Assembly (NCBI GenBank): GCA_002937895.1
Contig: PTKV01000001.1
Coordinates: 4,057 to 68,056 of the forward strand
From: Alphaproteobacteria bacterium MarineAlpha5_Bin9
Lineage (GTDB): Bacteria; Pseudomonadota; Alphaproteobacteria; HIMB59; GCA-002718135
Direction of reading: 5' to 3'
Length of the DNA: 64,000 bases
Under the pieces are notes generated by a model, which worked only from the letters and a program-made list of their open reading frames with translations, was not told the DNA's origin and made no database searches. Positions 62,377 through 64,000 of this stretch are shown piece by piece; the first letter of the stretch is position 1, and the number at the start of each line of letters is the position of its first letter. Position numbers and translations under genes: made by a program.

Positions 62377-63186
62377 TTAAAGTGATTCTATAATATCTAT
62401 TAATTTTCCTGATTCACTAAAAGATGCTGCGATTATTTTTTTTCGATCAAGAGGCCCTTTATATAAAGAAAAAACCGTTTTATTTTCTAAATTATTATCT
62501 TTCAATAAAGAAGATTCATACCCCCTAATAATTTTTTTAAAAGTTCTATAAGGACGATCTAATTTTGAAAAATTATAATATCCCCACCAAAAACAATCAC
62601 TTTGTGCTGATAATGGGCGAGTAATATCTACACCTCTATTAACAAAAAGAATTAATTTTGATTTTGGAAAAGCAGCATGGCTAAGGTTTGAAAAATATTC
62701 TCTATGCCCCACATTTTTATCAACAATATTTTTTAGATTTGAAATCCATTTATTTATAGAAATAGTTCCTTGGGATGAAACAGAAATTAGTTCTTTTGAA
62801 TCAAAACCGTATGAATCTATGGTTTTATCAACTCCATGATCATACATCCATCGAAGGATTTCAATTGGATTGGGGGCAGTATGAAGTTGAAGTAATTTTA
62901 AAAACATTTCTTCTTGAGCGCCTCTTAAAAATACAACATCTTCAGGCAATAATGAAAATTTAGCCATTAATTGAAACCTTAAATCAATAACGCTACTAAG
63001 AGTTTCTTTTGTGCTTTCGCCAACTCCTATAACATTGCCAAGAAAAATAATTTTATCGTTTGTAGAAAAATTTTCTAATATATATTTTTTAACACTTTCA
63101 AAAGATTTAAAGTTAGAATGGATAGATCCAACTGCCCAAATATGATTACAAGATTTAAATTCTACGAACTTAGAATTATTACTCAT
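62377..63186 (-). CDS. metallophosphoesterase-fold protein with degenerate metal-binding motifs
   Basis: 269 aa. It aligns by eye to PPP/ApaH-type blocks. GDxHG reads GSIHS, GDxxDRG reads GNVIGVG, and (R)GNHE reads RGAQE. Confidence 0.45.
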   Translation of the reverse strand: MSNNSKFVEFKSCNHIWAVGSIHSNFKSFESVKKYILENFSTNDKIIFLGNVIGVGESTKETLSSVIDLRFQLMAKFSLLPEDVVFLRGAQEEMFLKLLQLHTAPNPIEILRWMYDHGVDKTIDSYGFDSKELISVSSQGTISINKWISNLKNIVDKNVGHREYFSNLSHAAFPKSKLILFVNRGVDITRPLSAQSDCFWWGYYNFSKLDRPYRTFKKIIRGYESSLLKDNNLENKTVFSLYKGPLDRKKIIAASFSESGKLIDIIESL

Positions 63187-63189
63187 AAA

Positions 63190-63693
63190 TTATTTATTGT
63201 ATAAAATATTTTCTATTTTATCAGTAGCATTAAAATAATCTGTTTTTTCTATAGCAGCAACTTCTCTAGCTAATCTCTCAAGAGCCATTTGAAACATTTG
63301 CCTTTCACTATATGATTGTTCTGGTTGGCTATTTTTTCTATATAAATCTCTTATTACTTCACCTATTTTTACAGGATCACCAGAATGAATTTTACTATCA
63401 TATTCCTGAGCTCTTCTGCTCCACATCATTCTTCTTACTTTTGGTTTTTGCTTGAGAACTACAAAAACATCATCAATTTTTTTTCGAGAAGATATTTTTC
63501 TAAGACCTACGTGATCTTGTTTTTCTACAGGAACTCTAATTGTCAATTTACTTTGCTCCATTTCAATTACGTAAAATCTTGTTTTAATTTTGCTAATTTC
63601 CATTGTTTCTATAGATTTTATTTCTCCCACACCATGTTCTGGATAAACAACAATTTCACCTATTTTAAATAAAGTTATTTTCTTTTTTTTCAT
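63190..63693 (-). CDS. carD: CarD/CdnL-family RNA-polymerase-binding transcription factor
   Basis: 167 aa. FKIGEIVVYPEHGVGEIKSIE (Tudor-like RID) and a C-terminal helical domain with RDLYRK...SYSERQMFQMALERL. Confidence 0.9.
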   Translation of the reverse strand: MKKKKITLFKIGEIVVYPEHGVGEIKSIETMEISKIKTRFYVIEMEQSKLTIRVPVEKQDHVGLRKISSRKKIDDVFVVLKQKPKVRRMMWSRRAQEYDSKIHSGDPVKIGEVIRDLYRKNSQPEQSYSERQMFQMALERLAREVAAIEKTDYFNATDKIENILYNK

Positions 63694-63696
63694 CAG

Positions 63697-64000
63697 TTAT
63701 CCTGCCTTTTCACTAAAATAATTTTCAAACTTATTTTCAACATTTTCCCAATCCTTAGAATCGGCTGGGGGTTCTTTTTTTTCTTTAATATTAGGCCATT
63801 TTTCTGAGTATACTCTATTAATTTCTGCCCATTTTTCCATATTTTCTTCTGTATCAGGATGTATCGCTTCAATAGGGCATTCTGGTTCACATACTCCACA
63901 ATCTATACATTCATCTGGATGAATGACCAGCATATTCTCTCCTTCATAAAAACAATCAACTGGACATACTTCTACACAATCCATAAGTTTACATTTAATA
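63697..64000 (-). CDS. fdxA: ferredoxin, 7Fe FdxA type (N-terminus runs off the right edge)
   Basis: [40 protein letters not shown]. The preceding residues (..IKCKL) continue to the window end, so the true start lies beyond 64000. Confidence 0.9.
   Translation of the reverse strand, partial: IKCKLMDCVEVCPVDCFYEGENMLVIHPDECIDCGVCEPECPIEAIHPDTEENMEKWAEINRVYSEKWPNIKEKKEPPADSKDWENVENKFENYFSEKAG

Overview
The window reads as a very AT-rich, extremely compact alphaproteobacterial chromosome segment. It is most consistent with a streamlined SAR11/Pelagibacterales-type genome. That placement is my inference from composition by eye, spacers near zero, many 4-bp gene overlaps, and the presence of GcrA, CarD/CdnL, MetX-MetW and an sdhCDAB-mdh-sucCDAB-lpdA string. 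I can support about 73 protein genes, one tRNA, one probable riboswitch and one tandem repeat. Almost everything is core housekeeping: argH-lysA, tyrosine and methionine biosynthesis, rplU-rpmA-obg-nadD-rsfS, the F1 ATP synthase operon, priA, the complete oxidative TCA cluster, ftsY/ffh, rpsP-rimM-trmD-rplS, leuCDB-asd and a tungstate-type ABC transporter. I see no transposase, integrase, prophage, CRISPR array, toxin-antitoxin pair or recognisable defence system, and I cannot honestly claim a new multi-gene system here. The signals most worth a second look are listed here. (1) A roughly 150-nt G+C-enriched element lies in the anomalously long 393-bp spacer upstream of sdhC; it is closed by a 17-bp long-range helix and has its own promoter-like and U-tail-like signals (candidate unclassified structured RNA). 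(2) An rsfS gene has no canonical start codon and was missed by the ORF track; it is joined to nadD by TAATT instead of TAATG. (3) Perfect 36-bp in-frame tandem repeats build the C-terminal tail of ribosomal protein S16, and L21 and L19 also carry long low-complexity tails. (4) A chorismate mutase domain is fused to a HisC-type aminotransferase, and this gene overlaps tyrA. (5) A metallophosphoesterase-fold protein beside carD has all of its metal-ligand motifs substituted. (6) A GC-rich hairpin with a U-run lies directly upstream of ffh. All functional calls rest on motif recognition by eye; no database search was run.
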